Positions 25,379-40,066 of a DNA stretch of 64,000 nt are shown here, piece by piece. This DNA is from Eledone cirrhosa (lineage: Eukaryota), in contig OZ024746.1 in assembly GCA_964016885.1 (NCBI GenBank), positions 8,804,001 to 8,868,000 on the forward strand, read 5' to 3'. How positions within the stretch are numbered: position 1 is the first letter of the stretch; each line of letters starts with the position of its first letter. Below the pieces are notes generated by a model. That model searched no databases. It saw only the letters and a list, made by a program, of their open reading frames with translations, and was not told the DNA's origin. The position numbers were made by a program, and so were the translations under genes.

Positions 25379-26674
25379 CATCCGGAGTACATAAGTAACC
25401 TATGTCTTAAGTTTGGTGAACATACTGTAGAAATGCATAAGGTTTATACATACGCGCGTGCGTTCGTGTGTGTGTGTGGGGGGGGTATGTATTTGTGTGT
25501 GCGTATGTATGTGTATGTCCGTCGGGACATACGTATGTACTGGCCTAAATCTTCACTATTTAATTTTACTATTTTAATAACCTCTGTCATTTTCGTTTTC
25601 AATTTTATTTACATCATTCTTAAACCCCGAGGCTGGAAATCATTCTGTTATGTTAAATAGAATATTAGTCTAACGACTCCATTTATGCCATAAACTTGGT
25701 CTTGTCTTTGCATGAAATTGTTCTTCACGATCCACATAATGACGTATTATCCTCGCTTTTTTCCCGTTCATTGCCAGGGAACGTCTTCACGAACCAAAAT
25801 ATCGTCTTCCTGTTTTCGTTCGGTTGCAACGTTTCTCGAAATATTTAATTCTGCGTTCACAGATTACTCTCAGTTCAATTTGAATGGGAAATTCCTGTTT
25901 CATCGATTTTCTCCGTAACAATGGAAGCTTGTAGCTTGAAAGTCGACCCAACGCCTCCTCGGGTCATTCTGCATAACTGTGTAAATTTTCGCTGCATTCC
26001 ACCAAGCGGTTTCGACGTTTATCCGACTACACCTACATATACAACCTCCGGCCACTTCCAATTTATATAGTAGATTTGTTTATACATGAATGAGAAAAAG
26101 AAAGTACAAAACTATACATGAATTGTTTCTACTAAACCTTCAATTTAAGACACAACCTACATATTTGATAGCACTCCAGCTCACACCTTCTTCTTCTTCT
26201 TCTTCTTCTTCTTCTTCTTCTTCTTCTTCTTCTTCTTCTTCTTCTTTTGCTCCCCCTGGAACATTGGCCGCCGAGCCACCCTCACACAACGCCATGTTCT
26301 TAGTCTGCTTTTCAACTCCACCGTGATGTACGGTGCGTCATGGTGTATCTAACCATTTTTTTAGGTCTTACTACGGCTGATTTCTTCCAGAGAGAAAGAA
26401 AGAGATGGAAAAAGGCAGAGAAGATTCATCCCCGGAGGAATAATAAAAAATGTTTACACTGCACATTTCATTTTTTCAAAGCTAAAGCTGCCGATCCAAA
26501 ATCAGTAATTCAACTCCCTGAAAACTTTCAAATATATGCTGTTCTAGCATGAATATTATGCTAAGGGGCAGCTGTCCACAAAGTAAGATTTACTTGCATA
26601 TCCCCGCTCATATAAACACATAAATACATGCATACATACATTACAGTTGATATTTTTTTTATTAAAGCGTTTTC

Positions 26675-26724
<50 letters not shown>

Positions 26725-26729
<5 letters not shown>

Positions 26730-26975
26730 TACAATTTCATACAAATAAAGCAGTAAATAAAGGATTATGAGTTCATGCAATTGACTTATGTTTCGTCACT
26801 ATATATATATATATAGTGACGAAACATAAGTCAATTTGTATGAAATTTGTAAATAACTCATCCAAGTATTAGAACAGGGGGAAATAACTCACCGAACGCG
26901 ATAGTAAATAGACGGTTTTGGGATGCCAGGAACCACATTTTTCAAGTTAGAGATTTGAACCTCGTCTATTTACTT
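26725..26975. mobile_element. Nested hairpin cassette remnants with half-HHR
   Basis: aattgacttatgtttcgtcact(AT)n agtgacGAAAcataaGTCaatt, plus outer and downstream inverted pairs. Confidence 0.6.
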
Positions 26976-27142
26976 CATTGGCACTTTTTACATAGGTGTG
27001 TAAATTTTCATGTCCGTCTGACCACGTCTACTACCATTTAACCGTGCACAACTGAATTTCAACCACCACCCATTTCACAAATATATATTAGATATATTAG
27101 ATTACAACCATACGTAAACGTGAATCAACGACACTAAGCTGC

Positions 27143-27459
27143 ATGAAAACCAGCCATATAGTAGGTTGTTAGTATCATGTCAAGAACACTGCATTGTATA
27201 AGTAATAAACACAACAACGCTATGAAAACCAGCCATATAGTAGGTTGTTAGTATCATGTCAAGAACACTGCATTGTATAAGTAATAAACACAACAACGCT
27301 ATGAAAACCAGCCATATAGTAGGTTGTTAGTATCATGTCAAGAACACTGCATTGTATAAGTAATAAACACAACAACGCTATGAAAACCAGCCATATAGTA
27401 GGTTGTTAGTATCATGTCAAGAACACTGCATTGTATAAGTAATAAACACAACAACGCTA
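27143..27459. repeat. 79-bp tandem repeat, 4 identical copies
   Basis: Unit starts atgaaaaccagcc at 27143, 27222, 27301 and 27380. Confidence 0.97.
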
Positions 27460-27542
27460 CTTTTTCCAGTCTATCCATATACAATATTGGAAACCAAAAA
27501 AAAAGAGGAAGGATACTTAGTGATTTGCTCATCATTATTTTA

Positions 27543-27788
27543 GGCGGTGGATTGGCAAGGGGTGGTGGATTGGCAAGGGGTGGTGGATTGGCAAGAGGTG
27601 GTGGATTGGCAATATCGGTAGAGGGTCGGACGCTATGCGTTGACGCATATAGTTACGGCCCTTGCCATTCTGAGTTCAAATCCCGCCGAGGTTAACTTTG
27701 CCTTTCATCCTTAAGGGGTCGATAAAATAAAGTACCAGTAATGCACTGGATAATTGCTGGCCTTGTGCCTAAAGTAGAAACAATTATT
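27543..27788 (+). mobile_element. SINE A with its first 18 bp repeated four times
   Basis: ggtggtggattggcaagg-type unit x4, followed by a normal body. Confidence 0.9.
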
Positions 27789-29789
27789 TTAACAAGTATG
27801 GCAAATTCTATGCTTCGATGTGGAAGTTTGATAATACCAAAATATATACCAGGTTGTCTCCCCTATTTGCCGAAACAATTGAAATAATATAATCTGCTAA
27901 TGCTGCCTTTACCCCAGCACATAAATATTTCTAATACGATATTTAATGAATCCTACGTTAACACTGAATTAACTATCATTAATCAATGCTGTAAATAGTG
28001 ACAACACTGTAAAATTGTTGCATGTTAGTTTCATAGCTGCGTCCTGCCGTCTGGCTATAAACGAGTCTTAGGAATCACAAGAGAATATCAACAATTTACT
28101 GCTCTTATCACATGAGAAAGTTCAACATTTTATACAGAAGAATGTGGAAACAAAGCTAACCGAATATAAATTTCTTGCATACAGAGGCGTTTGCGAGAAT
28201 TCTGTAACCGATTAAATTGTTTCAATACTTGGTTGGAACTTATATTATCATCCACCTGTAGACATAATTAAATACGATCGCTCATGTTTCAGTCGCTCAA
28301 CTGATTCCAATATTTTACATCTCTATCTTAAAATGTTTTGACATGTTGTTTGTAGAAATTAACTTGGGTGACTAAATGTCCAAAGTCTTACTGTTTTACA
28401 GTAACAATTAAATATATAAATTATATCTTTATTCATGCTTAAAATTAACGGGGATGAGCGGAAAACTGTAAAAGTCACAATTCAAATATATCGATTTTTC
28501 TTTAATGCAATGAGAAATATTTTTCAAATTAAGATGAACGGAATATAGAAGGTGCTGGTGCACAAAATAAAAGATTTCATAATTTATAGTCACAGCTGTA
28601 ATATCTTTCAAACAACGATGGTGCCTATAGATAGATAAATATTTTTTTTTTATTTTTTTTTTTTTATTAAAGTTCGAAACTAATTCAACTGAAATCTTCT
28701 CCACTTTGTCTTGATAGTAAAAAAGAAATCAATATTAATAATTTAAATACATTTATTATTTTTCTAGAACCGGTAGTGTTTCCTCATATTCGATCAGAAA
28801 ACTTATGTTCACAAAACAAGCAACAGCAAAATGTGACATTTCTATAAATGTCTCTACATCTAACTAAAATTAATACCCGTAACACATATGTACTTTTAAT
28901 ATATGGAAATCGATTCAGTCATTTATATTTTTATTTCATATAATAATTAGTTCATGGAAACATTTGCCAATATCATTATTCTCCTTTTCATACAGTAAGT
29001 GAACATTTATCATTAAACAGGAGACACGCAGGAAGCTTTCGTAATCTCAAAGTTTTGTGTTGCGAGTTTCATTTAAAGGAAAAAAATACCTCCTTTAAAA
29101 TCATTGTATTATAATTTGAGAAGTTTAATTTATTGTCAACACAGTAACAGATAACTGAATAGCCATAACAATATGGAACATAGAGAACGGTACCCACTAG
29201 CGATAACTACCAACTGAATGCCATCAATAAATATAATTTGATCGTGTATGTAATCATTAAGAAATAAATATAAAATTATCAATACCGTTTTTTCACCTTA
29301 AGATAAAAAACCTTTGACTGTAAAACAAGAAAAAGAGATAATGATCAAAGAAATACAATTTCTGAAAGATGTACCAATGTAAGTGATGTCAAACAAAACG
29401 AAAGGCGCGCATAGTTATATATGCTGTAAGTATATAAGACAACTATAGGAGCCCCAAATCTATTAAAAAGCTAATAGTTGTATGCAGAAGAAATCTATAA
29501 GATAAAGTCAAAACATTCAAGTATTTCTTTTATATATTAGTACTGGTGATAATGGGTTATGTTAGTATCTGATATGGACAATACCCTGCAGCAATTCAAT
29601 GAAGATGATAATATATAAGATAAATAAAAACAATATCAGTGTAATAACAAAACAAGAAACATAATAATGACTTGCTTCTAATATCAGCTTTATATACATC
29701 GATTCAACTCAAAATACAATATCTCATCAGATTGTCTGTTTGTTTGTATGTATGTATTATGTTAGTATGTATGTAATTTTGTATATATA

Positions 29790-30083
29790 TAAATATCATC
29801 TTGGTTAAGAGAGTGGGACTGGCTTTGTGCAGTGCCTTTGCTCACTATAAAAGCTTCACGGCACAGGCATTGCTTTATATCTGAAGATCTCTCTGCACTT
29901 GTCGTCACATGGTACCATGGGCCCAGCACTATGTGTCAGTAATTGTCACAGGTGTAGTGTTTGTACCAGAGTTTTCAAGTCGCTGGCTGGACTAAAATGT
30001 CACACTCGTTCAGCGCATCGGTAGGAGTTCTCCTACATGGATATGAAGTAGTGGCCGTACTCGAAAACGAGTTGGCAGCCACC
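29790..30083 (+). mobile_element. 5'-truncated copy of the RTE-derived non-autonomous element
   Basis: Near-identical to the reverse complement of 43838-44130; ends gagttggcagccacc(TA)n. Confidence 0.85.
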
Positions 30084-30086
30084 TTA

Positions 30087-30120
<34 letters not shown>

Positions 30121-30231
30121 GAGAGAGAGAGTCAAAATAATAATAAATGTGAAGACTAAAATCCAAAGGGTGAAAGCAGCGATTCTTTGCTTAAACTTTA
30201 ATTTGTTATTTTATTATATATATATATATAT

Positions 30232-30747
30232 GGTCAGGTCGTTCTCGAGTGCATGTAACACACTACAACCTGTCTCATGGTCGGGTCCTCGGCGACTAAA
30301 CCAGCAACCCCACCAAGCTTGCTTAGTGCGGAGGGTTATATTTGAACACCTTGCAGGATGAAATACAAGACCCGGCAGAGGGCGGAGGAACTCAGCAGAG
30401 TCAACAGCCATCGAAATAGTACTTTTTTGTTTTCACCCGGAAGTGACAGGCCCCCAGTTGTTCTCACAACATCTCTCTAAGAGAGGAAAACTCTGAAAAA
30501 AAAAACCTGTCGTTTCGGAATAATCCGATGATGTTGACCAGGTCTCCTTTTCGGGTAGTGTTTTCGATGCTCAGAGAGTGGGATTGGTCGAGTGCAAGGC
30601 CTTTCCCCACTTAAACAACCTTCAAAGCAGAGGCATTCCTTTTTAGGATTTGTTACAAGTTCGTGTGGCTCGCCGTAGCTTAAAAGTGCATTATTTCTAT
30701 AATCTGACAAGCGATTGCAAAACTCTTAGCAGAGTTTGCAGCCATCA
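30232..30747 (+). mobile_element. Diverged sister family of the RTE-derived non-autonomous element
   Basis: Shares the gtcaggtc start, ggcgactaaac..gcaaccccaccaag, ggaaaactctga and the gcagcca(t/c)ca end with 43838-44444. Confidence 0.75.
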
Positions 30748-30896
30748 TATATATATATAGGGACCTACCAACTAATAATATTATATTATAAAATTAAATC
30801 AAACATTTTTTAACACTACAAGTGAAGTTATTCTTTTCCTTTTTTTCAAATATACCTAACTGTACTAAGGATCTCACACATTTTCAAATATTTATA

Positions 30897-30986
<90 letters not shown>

Positions 30987-31161
30987 CATATATATATACA
31001 TATATATACATATATAAATATATATATACACATACATACACTCACACACACATACACACACGCACACCCACACACATATAAGCGACGAATTATAATTTTT
31101 TAATTTCAACCTGAATTAACTGTGTAAAATTGCCTCCTGTGTTTGTTTGTTTCGTTTATTA

Positions 31162-31242
<81 letters not shown>

Positions 31243-31794
31243 TAGGATCACTTTAAGTTCAACACGCCACGTACATTCATCTCTACACCTACACACTGAC
31301 GCCACGTATTCATTTTATTTAAATTTATAAGATTTGAATCTCAATAAAAACATTACTGCTTTAATCGCCACGAAAAAAATAATAAAAAATGGAATCGAAG
31401 TCCTATCATATAATTTATTCCAAAATAGTTTTGAATAATTTTTCTTGTAAATTTAACACTTTGGGATACACATAGCATACTGTGTATAATAGTTTCTGAT
31501 TAAATTGGCCCCGGTGTGTTACTGGTACTTCATTTTATCGACCCCGTAAGCATGAAAGCCAAAGCGAACCTCGCCGTGATTTGAGTTCGGAACGTAAAGG
31601 GCCTTAACTACATGCCCCCAAAACATGTTGACCGATGTTCTAACGACTCTGCTACTCCACCGCCCTTCATTTTTTCAATATTAATATATGTATATCATAC
31701 AATTATTTTCTGTCCCTTCCATTCTGAATTATAAATGACATTAATATTTTCCATATTGTTATCCATAATATAGTTTATATTTCTATCCAGACCC

Positions 31795-31933
31795 TAGTTC
31801 AATCATATAACATAGTTCAATCATATAACATAGTTCAATCATATAACATACTCAATCATAGTTCAATCATATAACATACTCAATCATAGTTCAATCATAT
31901 AACATACTCAATCATAGTTCAATCATATAACAT
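31795..31933. repeat. Tandem repeat with 18-20 and 28-bp units (atagttcaatcatataacatactcaatc)
   Basis: Directly visible. Confidence 0.9.
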
Positions 31934-32019
31934 ATTTTAAAATATTGGAGTTAATAAATTTTTATACGAATATTAACGCGAAAAGATTTGGGAATTTAAA
32001 GCTACGTATTTATAGCGTA

Positions 32020-32574
32020 TGGATGAAAGGCAAAGCTAACCTTTCAGGGATATGAACTCAGAGTGCAAAGGGGACGTAACTATATACCATATAGCATGTT
32101 TTCCTACGCTCTACCGATTTTGCCAATCCATCGTCTCGCATGCAGTAAATAATTGTTTCTACTTGTGGCACAAGGCCAGCAATTATCCCAGTGCATTACT
32201 GGTACTTTATTTTATCGATCCCATAAAAATGAAAGGCAAAGTTAACCTCGGCGGGATTTGAACGTAGGCCGTAAAGGGGCATAACTCTATGTTGCAAAGC
32301 ATGGCGTCCAACCCTCTACCGACACTGCCAATCCATGCGGTAAATAATTGTTTCTACTTTAGGCACAAGGCCAGCAATTACTCAGTGTATTACTGGCACT
32401 TTATTTTATCGACCCCGTAATATAATATAATTGTTTCTACTTTAGGCACAAGGCCAGCAATTACCCAGTGTATTACTGGTACTTTATTTTATCGACCCCG
32501 TAAGGATGAAAGGCAAAGTCAACCTCGGCGGGATTTGAACTCAGATCGTAAAGGGACCCCGTAATATAATATAA
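32020..32574 (-). mobile_element. Stack of four SINE A copies or fragments
   Basis: Serial family A motifs; the last has TSD gaccccgtaatataatataa. Confidence 0.88.
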
Positions 32575-32924
32575 TACGAGTTAATTCATATCGTATAAGA
32601 TATTCTGAAAACCTTTGTAGTAATACTAAACATATTTATACAGTGTGAAACATATGTTACATTGAGTGATGTCTAATATTTTTGGAGCACTTGTCATATT
32701 TATATAACCAAATTCGAGTCAAGGAAGGAACATCTGAATAGTTGCTGAGATTTAGAGAAAGAGCTACCATTGTATAAACGAAGGAAAGAAGCAACTGATA
32801 ATGTAACCATATGAAACATTACACAAATAAAGAAGGCAGGATGGTTAAGGCTGGAATACTTTGTTTTCATGAGTAAAGCCGAGTTGGGACTAAACAATGA
32901 CTAGAACATCCCAAAAATATTACA

Positions 32925-33023
<99 letters not shown>

Positions 33024-35481
33024 TATACACATACACAAAGTAAGATAAAGAAGAACAGATTATATAGTTGTTATATAGAGGTTGTGTAGTGTACATGGAG
33101 GTCAAATGTAACACACTAAGGTAGATATTATGTGACTTTGATTGTTAGGCCAACATACTTGCACTTAATGTTTAAAAACTAGAATTACTTTAGCAAAACC
33201 CCAAATATACATTTCTATATGGAGTTATGAATATTTATAAAAGAAAGAATGCTTGTCAGTTGGTTTGAAAACCAATAATCCGAAAATAATTTTCTCAAAG
33301 ACAATTATACGCCGTTCATCTTTGATTAACGATATATTCAAGCTATTTTGGAAACGAATGTATTAACCTAAATTTGATACATCCAGCTTAGTTTCAAGGT
33401 CATAACAATATTGCATGTTTCTTGTTAAAATTATTCTGAAAGTAAATTTGCATTCAGTAAAAGCTTAACGTTACTTGTTAGAATACAAACTAGTAAGAAA
33501 TGAAAAAAAAAATTCGAAATAACAAAGATGACTATATGATTGTTGGAACTGCTTTGAAAATACCATCTGAATTGCCTCATAAAAATCATTACAATTTTAA
33601 AACATTGGATTTGTAGATTTTAAATGGAGGTGTAGACACTACTGGAACGTATTTCACCAGAGATCATCTCCCGAGGATAAACACCAAATAATGGAGATGT
33701 TTTACAACAAGCCGCTGAACATAGAATTCTTATCCATTTTCAAGATTGCTAGTGTATGTCTGAATGTGACACTTAATTATACATGCTTTATTTCACCAAA
33801 TTGTGGAAAGCAAGTAGGTCTATTATCTGAGAATGTTGCGATAGAGTGACATTATTTAGAGATTAGATTCATCGTTTAATTCACTTAATGTCACTGAATA
33901 CGAAGATAATCATCAAATGTATGAGTTTCTGTAGATCATTGATACATTTAAGATTTATGGAATTTCAAAGAAAATGCATTTCTGCTGTAGCTGGCTTCTT
34001 TTCAAATCGTCTATAAATATATGAACCGTGTGTGGACTTGAGATCCAAAGGAGTATATACTTAAATAATTATAGCTTAAATTCTCCTTTAACGTGGTAGA
34101 TATCTTTTATAATAAAGACCGACGATGTGAATTATGTGCTATCCCAACCATAAATAGATTATGTGGCATACATATTTACTGGTATAGAAAGACGGGAGTC
34201 AATGGGAAGAAATCAAGAATAAAAGAAAAAACACAACGAATTAATCTCGACATTTAGAGTCATAGACAATTTTCAATTAGTCATTGAAATACATTTCTAT
34301 TGTATATCAGATCAGAAATCACTGTCACGTTACCTATTGAGTGGTTGTCACAGAACAAAAGATGTTAAGTTTATCATATATCGAACAACGTAGTGTTGCA
34401 GATCCCAGCTCAGTCTAGGATGAAAATATCAAACGAATGATATACTCACCAGTGAAACCAGTTATCTAGTTATATAATTAGAGCTAGGGGCATTGTATTC
34501 TTGATTCTTTAATGTCAGAAACACATTACGACTGATTGGTCAGTCGACATTTTGTAATAGAATACATATATTGATGAATAGTATGGATTTTGAAAATAAA
34601 TAAAATTTTCAACTATAACGTTCTCTCGGTTTTAGCCATTTTATGCTCTTGTATTGATGTATTCACATTGGAGGTTCGTTGCATTATATTTGAATCTAAG
34701 TAAATATAGATCTATAACTAGTAATAAAGGACGAAGTGCTATTTTTACTAGCTCACAATATTACGAGTTCAAAACCCACCGGGAACATCTTCACCTTTCA
34801 CCTTGTAGAATTGTCGCATCTGATCTAGTGTCGTACGTTCTGAGTTGAAAGCTGGTTTAGTCTTATCGGAGAAATGGCGACACTTATGTCAGGAGTTGCA
34901 GCCGGCATGGGCTATCAGCAATGGAAAGATCAATGAAACGTAAAAACGTCTTTAATTCAGAGAGGAGGTCATGTGCACTGTAATATACCATTAGTAGTAT
35001 TTATTTCAAATGCCTAATGATTAAGTTGAAGAAAAAGAACCTAACATTCCGATGCTTATGTTATAAAATCCAATATGAAACAAACTGAAAATAACCGCTT
35101 TAGTCATTTCATTTAAGTCTATAATATTAATATATTAGAGCCAATTAATATTAATATATTAGAGCCAATAAGGGTGGAAAGTGAGAGAGAGAAATAGACA
35201 TAGAAGTAGAATCGACCCCAGTACTAGACTGGCACTTTCTTTATCGACCTCGAAAGGATGAAAAGGAAGTGGGATTTGACCTCAGTTGGATTTGAACATA
35301 TAGATCTGAGAGCCGGAATGAACACCGCAAAGTATTTTATTTTACCTTCCTTTTGTCAATACACGATTTAATATTATGACAACTGTTTACAAAAACCGAT
35401 TGAGGAGTCGTAACTTTAAACTTTAGAAGACAACTAAATCTAAATGTTCTCGCCTAGTCATGGTGAACAATAGTGTACATA

Positions 35482-35669
35482 TACGAGGCGGTACTGAACA
35501 GTTCCAGTCTTTATGGGTATCGTGAAAGGGTTACCTTTACAGGGGAGGTAGGACTGCTGAAATAAGTGTGTGAATCTGAGAGGGGAATATGTTGAATAAA
35601 ATCATAATTAACTGATCTTCCTGTATTTTCTTTTACCCCAAGCCAGGAATTTTTTTAACACGCCCTCGA
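35482..35669 (-). mobile_element. Mariner-type MITE with both TIRs
   Basis: tacgaggcggtactgaacagttcc ... ggaatttttttaacacgccctcga are imperfect TIRs; homologous to 13804-13975. Confidence 0.75.
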
Positions 35670-36251
35670 AAGTACTGAGTCTCCTATAATTACTATGGTA
35701 ACTTCATTGAAGTCTATGGTTCACAAAGGAGAGCAAAACTTGCCAGCATTTGTTTTCCGTATTTGTAAAAATAATAAAAATAATATTAGCTTTTGTACTA
35801 GTTTAATATTTTCCTCACTGCATAAGTAATGTAATCTATATATTAGATAAACAGAAAATGCAACACTGTCTAAACATTCAATTGTATATGAGCGATCCAG
35901 TGCAAACTACTTACAGGAGAAGTTTCCTAAAACACGATATGAATGTTTCACAAAGAAAAGAATATTTTATTTCTTACTGTATTATTCTTTCATCTCTTAA
36001 TGGAGACATATTTAATGATGAATCTCGATTTAATAGAATGATTTATGGAATCCAGTGTTTCTCACTAGCCTGTCTACATATCATAAGTATCGGGAGGTTA
36101 GAAAGAGAAGTCAACGATAAACATGAAAACTGACTGCCAAAGATCTCATGGCTCTCTTACATGATTTCTCTCTCTCTCTCCCTCTCCCTCCCTCTCTCTA
36201 CCCCCTCTCTCTATCTCTCTCTCTCTCTAAATATATATATACATGTATATA

Positions 36252-36330
36252 TACAGGTTGTCCCGCCAACATGTATACCTACTTTCACAGCATTCTGATA
36301 AATATATGTATACATTTTTGTGGGACACCC

Positions 36331-36334
<4 letters not shown>
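36252..36334. mobile_element. 83-bp Tc1/mariner-type mini-MITE
   Basis: TA-caggttgtcccgccaacatgtatac and gtatacatttttgtgggacacccta-TA are imperfect TIRs in a TA context. Confidence 0.7.
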
Positions 36335-36366
<32 letters not shown>

Positions 36367-36385
36367 TATACACACATATATATAT

Positions 36386-36434
<49 letters not shown>

Positions 36435-36725
36435 GTCATGTCCGGAGAAGCTATGAAATATCTTATGAAATGCGGTGAACATCCTTAAAGATAAAAAAGA
36501 TGGTGCCATCGCCTATTATGTAAACACACACACACACATATATATATATACATATATACATATATATATATATATACATACACACAGATGCTAGCCTATC
36601 TGCAAATGTATTTACCTATGTATATACACTCTTACATACATGCATACATGTATATATGTATTCATGTATGTATGTGATTATGTCTGTCTGTATATATATG
36701 TATATGTATGTATGCAAATGTGTGA

Positions 36726-36800
<75 letters not shown>

Positions 36801-36864
36801 TGTGTGTGTCTGTGAGTGAGTAAAGAAGTAGTTGACTTTGGGATTGGTATAATTTGAAATTCGA

Positions 36865-36977
36865 AACGTCAGCCGTCTAACGTTAGACGGCTGACGTTAG
36901 ACGGCTAACGTTAGACGGCTAACGTTAGACGGCTAATGTTAGACGACTAACGTTAGACGGCTAACGTTAGACGACTA
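36865..36977. repeat. 34-bp perfect palindrome extended as a 14-bp tandem repeat (ctaacgttagacgg) x~7
   Basis: aacgtcagccgtctaacgttagacggctgacgtt is self-complementary. Confidence 0.92.
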
Positions 36978-37076
36978 TGTCTGATTTTGTCGTCTCTATG
37001 CGTAACTTACGTAATTATCTTAACTATTATTTAATTTGATCGGATGTTTTCAAGTTATTTTTGTTGGGACGCACAC

Positions 37077-37113
<37 letters not shown>

Positions 37114-38282
37114 TAATATTTTCTTCTCTTATTTCTTGATAAAATGACTGCAATAAATATCCATTGTTACTTTTTCTTATTGTTAAATCTTCCTAGTTTA
37201 CTTCCTATTTGTAATTTATTTTCTTTCTAATTCTTTTCTTACTCTCTTTTCAATTCTTTGCTGCTGTAACTGCAAGGGATTCACTTTTATTTTTGTTCCT
37301 CTCTGTATTAAAACACAGATTACAATAGAGAGGCCTTAATGATCAAAAAGATGATTTTCATTGATGTATAGTCAAGGATGTTACCTCAAATAGCAGAAGT
37401 AATTCTCAATAGAGGTAATCGAGAGCATGGACACAATCAATAGGATACATTATAAAACAGTAATTAGTTACTTCTATTGAAGCATTGCTTAAATATATTT
37501 CGGGTTATAACCCCTTGTGGTAACATTTAAGACTAACAATCAATAGATAACCTTTGACCTGGCTACATCTATTCCGATCTACTGCGTGTTCTACCACACA
37601 TTAATGAGATAGAATCGTTATATATATATCAGTCAATCTTCAAAATAAATCATTTAGTCAGTTGAATTTATTGTATTCAATGAAAGTTAAATAGTTTTCT
37701 ATAAAATATATAAAATAATTGATTCGACGAAAGAATTATTTCCTGAGTATTATTTATGGTGATGGTTGTGTGAACAAGTATTAGTTTGAAGAAGATTACA
37801 AGTTCAATAGCTTTGAAGCAATCTATTTGATGTTTTGGTTCTATGACGTCAATCTCAGATTGAAGAAGAGAACAACTCGGTCCACTCCGACACGTAAAAA
37901 ATGAACTCACATATATCCAGAACAAGTTGCCCTTGCGCCTGTTGAGAGAGGCCAATTTTGGCTCATCCACTATACAGTGCTGGCCATAACTGGGTTCCGA
38001 AAACTAAAGTCGCTCATAGATGTTAAATGTATGACATATTAATATATACTAAATAAGTTATCTTGTACTAGATTGAGCATTGTTTCCTTGGGTCATTATC
38101 TACGGATCTCCTGCATACACACACGCGCGTGCGCACGCACACACACACACACATTCACACATACACACACATACACATACACACATACACAGACACACAT
38201 ACATATGGATACATATAGATATGTGTAGATGTATATATACATATATATATACATATGTATATATATACATATATATATACAT

Positions 38283-38366
<84 letters not shown>

Positions 38367-39006
38367 TCTATATTAAATATATATATATATAAAATATATA
38401 TATATATATATACACATACATATATACATATACATATGCTTACATCCATATGTACATATATACACACATACATATACAGACATAGAATATATATTATATA
38501 TATATATATACTTAGCTAGTGAGAAATAAAGAAAGAGGAAAAGAAAGAAAGAAAGTAAGTAAGAAACAATGAACGATCTAATCAGAAGCAAAAGGAAAAA
38601 ATATAAAGATGGCCATAAAAGGGGCGGTGTCTATAAAGGGAAGCAGGTGGGTGTGTCTTCATCACTATAAAAGCCACCCATCTCAGTGAATATGGGGAGG
38701 GAAGACGACGGACTATTTAGACAGTAAGTTTAGATAGTTAAGTATCTCTTACTCCACTAAGGAATGAAATAATCAATCTAATCTATTTAATTGGTTGCAG
38801 TGTTTTCAGATAAGCGATTGTAAAACCGTAAGATAACATGGCGGCAAGGCGTAGCATCGATTCCCGTTGGGCATCGACCAAATCTTTGGAATGTGTGCTG
38901 TAGGAAAACATAGATGTATGTATACATTTTGGGCGTGTAAGCCAAGTAAAATACGAATACACATATTTGTATACCCACAGACAGACACACACACGTATAT
39001 ATATAT

Positions 39007-39089
<83 letters not shown>

Positions 39090-39094
<5 letters not shown>

Positions 39095-39520
39095 GAAAGG
39101 TATAGAGGTTGTTTTAACGAGAAGCTAATAGTATTCTATAACATATACGCGACTATATCGTCAAGATGGGAAAAGTAGTTAACGTAAGATTTAGGAAAAA
39201 TAATTCAAACTCATCTCAAAAGAGAATCAGGATACAAATTCATCCACAGAATTTAGTGAAATCCAGGGAAAAATCAATAGACCTTTAACTCATGATAAAA
39301 TAAAGTTTAAAACACTTATCCTTCAATTTGGAATAATATCAAATGCTCTGTATAGTCTTAAAAGACTATTTCATGAAAACTTTCAGTGGAGATGGTCACG
39401 GTTGGATTTCAATCGTCAGCAGAGCTCAACAGATAACGAGGGCTACCACAGTATTATAAGCCGAAAAGGGAATTATAAAACTGGCTAGTTCGCCATCATG
39501 CGTGATTATGAAAACGCACA
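39090..39520 (-). mobile_element. Second copy of the 3144-3850 family, with HHR at 39345-39425
   Basis: Aligns to about 3416-3848. HHR gctctg CTGACGA ttgaaa..tttcat GAAA tagtcttttaagacta TA|cagagc; ends at the same nucleotide in (TA)n. Confidence 0.88.
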
Positions 39521-39696
39521 TATATATATATATGGAAAAGAATGAAATGAAATTTCATTTCTCACTCTTAGTACGGCTGATACTCAAATACAAGTATGTA
39601 TGCGTACATACATATATGTATACAGACGTACAGTAGTATGCATATATATACATACATGCAGACATATATATATATATATATATATATACACGTATG

Positions 39697-39779
39697 GGTT
39701 TACCGAACATTATATTTAAAATATTCGGCCTGTTTGTAAACAAACAGCCCGAATTAAGCTGTATAGTGTTCGGCAACCA
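39697..39779. mobile_element. Possible small MITE
   Basis: ggtttaccgaacattata and tatagtgttcggcaacc are imperfect inverted ends. Confidence 0.45.
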
Positions 39780-39784
39780 TCGCG

Positions 39785-39838
<54 letters not shown>

Positions 39839-39842
<4 letters not shown>

Positions 39843-40023
39843 AACCAGTAAGACCCCGACAGCTGAGCTCAAGCCGTTTCGACGGCTAATTCTCATTAGC
39901 CGTCGAAACGGCTTGAGCTCAGCTGTCGGGGTCTTACTGGTTCCTATTACCCACTCTACTACCTCAAGTATTGAGTACTTTGGTGCGTTATGGTCCACCT
40001 GGTTCCTTACCACATTTCCTTCG

Positions 40024-40025
<2 letters not shown>
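39839..40025 (+). mobile_element. F3 hairpin cassette with perfect ~53-bp arms, 4-nt loop and tail
   Basis: taggaacc...ggctaat tctc attagcc...ggttccta, then the tail; half-HHR GAAAcggc..gctgTC|gggg. Confidence 0.88.

Positions 40026-40066
<41 letters not shown>

Noticed and set aside
28750-29700. Possible ancient Penelope RT/EN relic (also 4700-5450, 47950-48800, 63640-64000)
   Set aside because: Only faint motif echoes in A-rich DNA with many stops; a profile-HMM search is needed.
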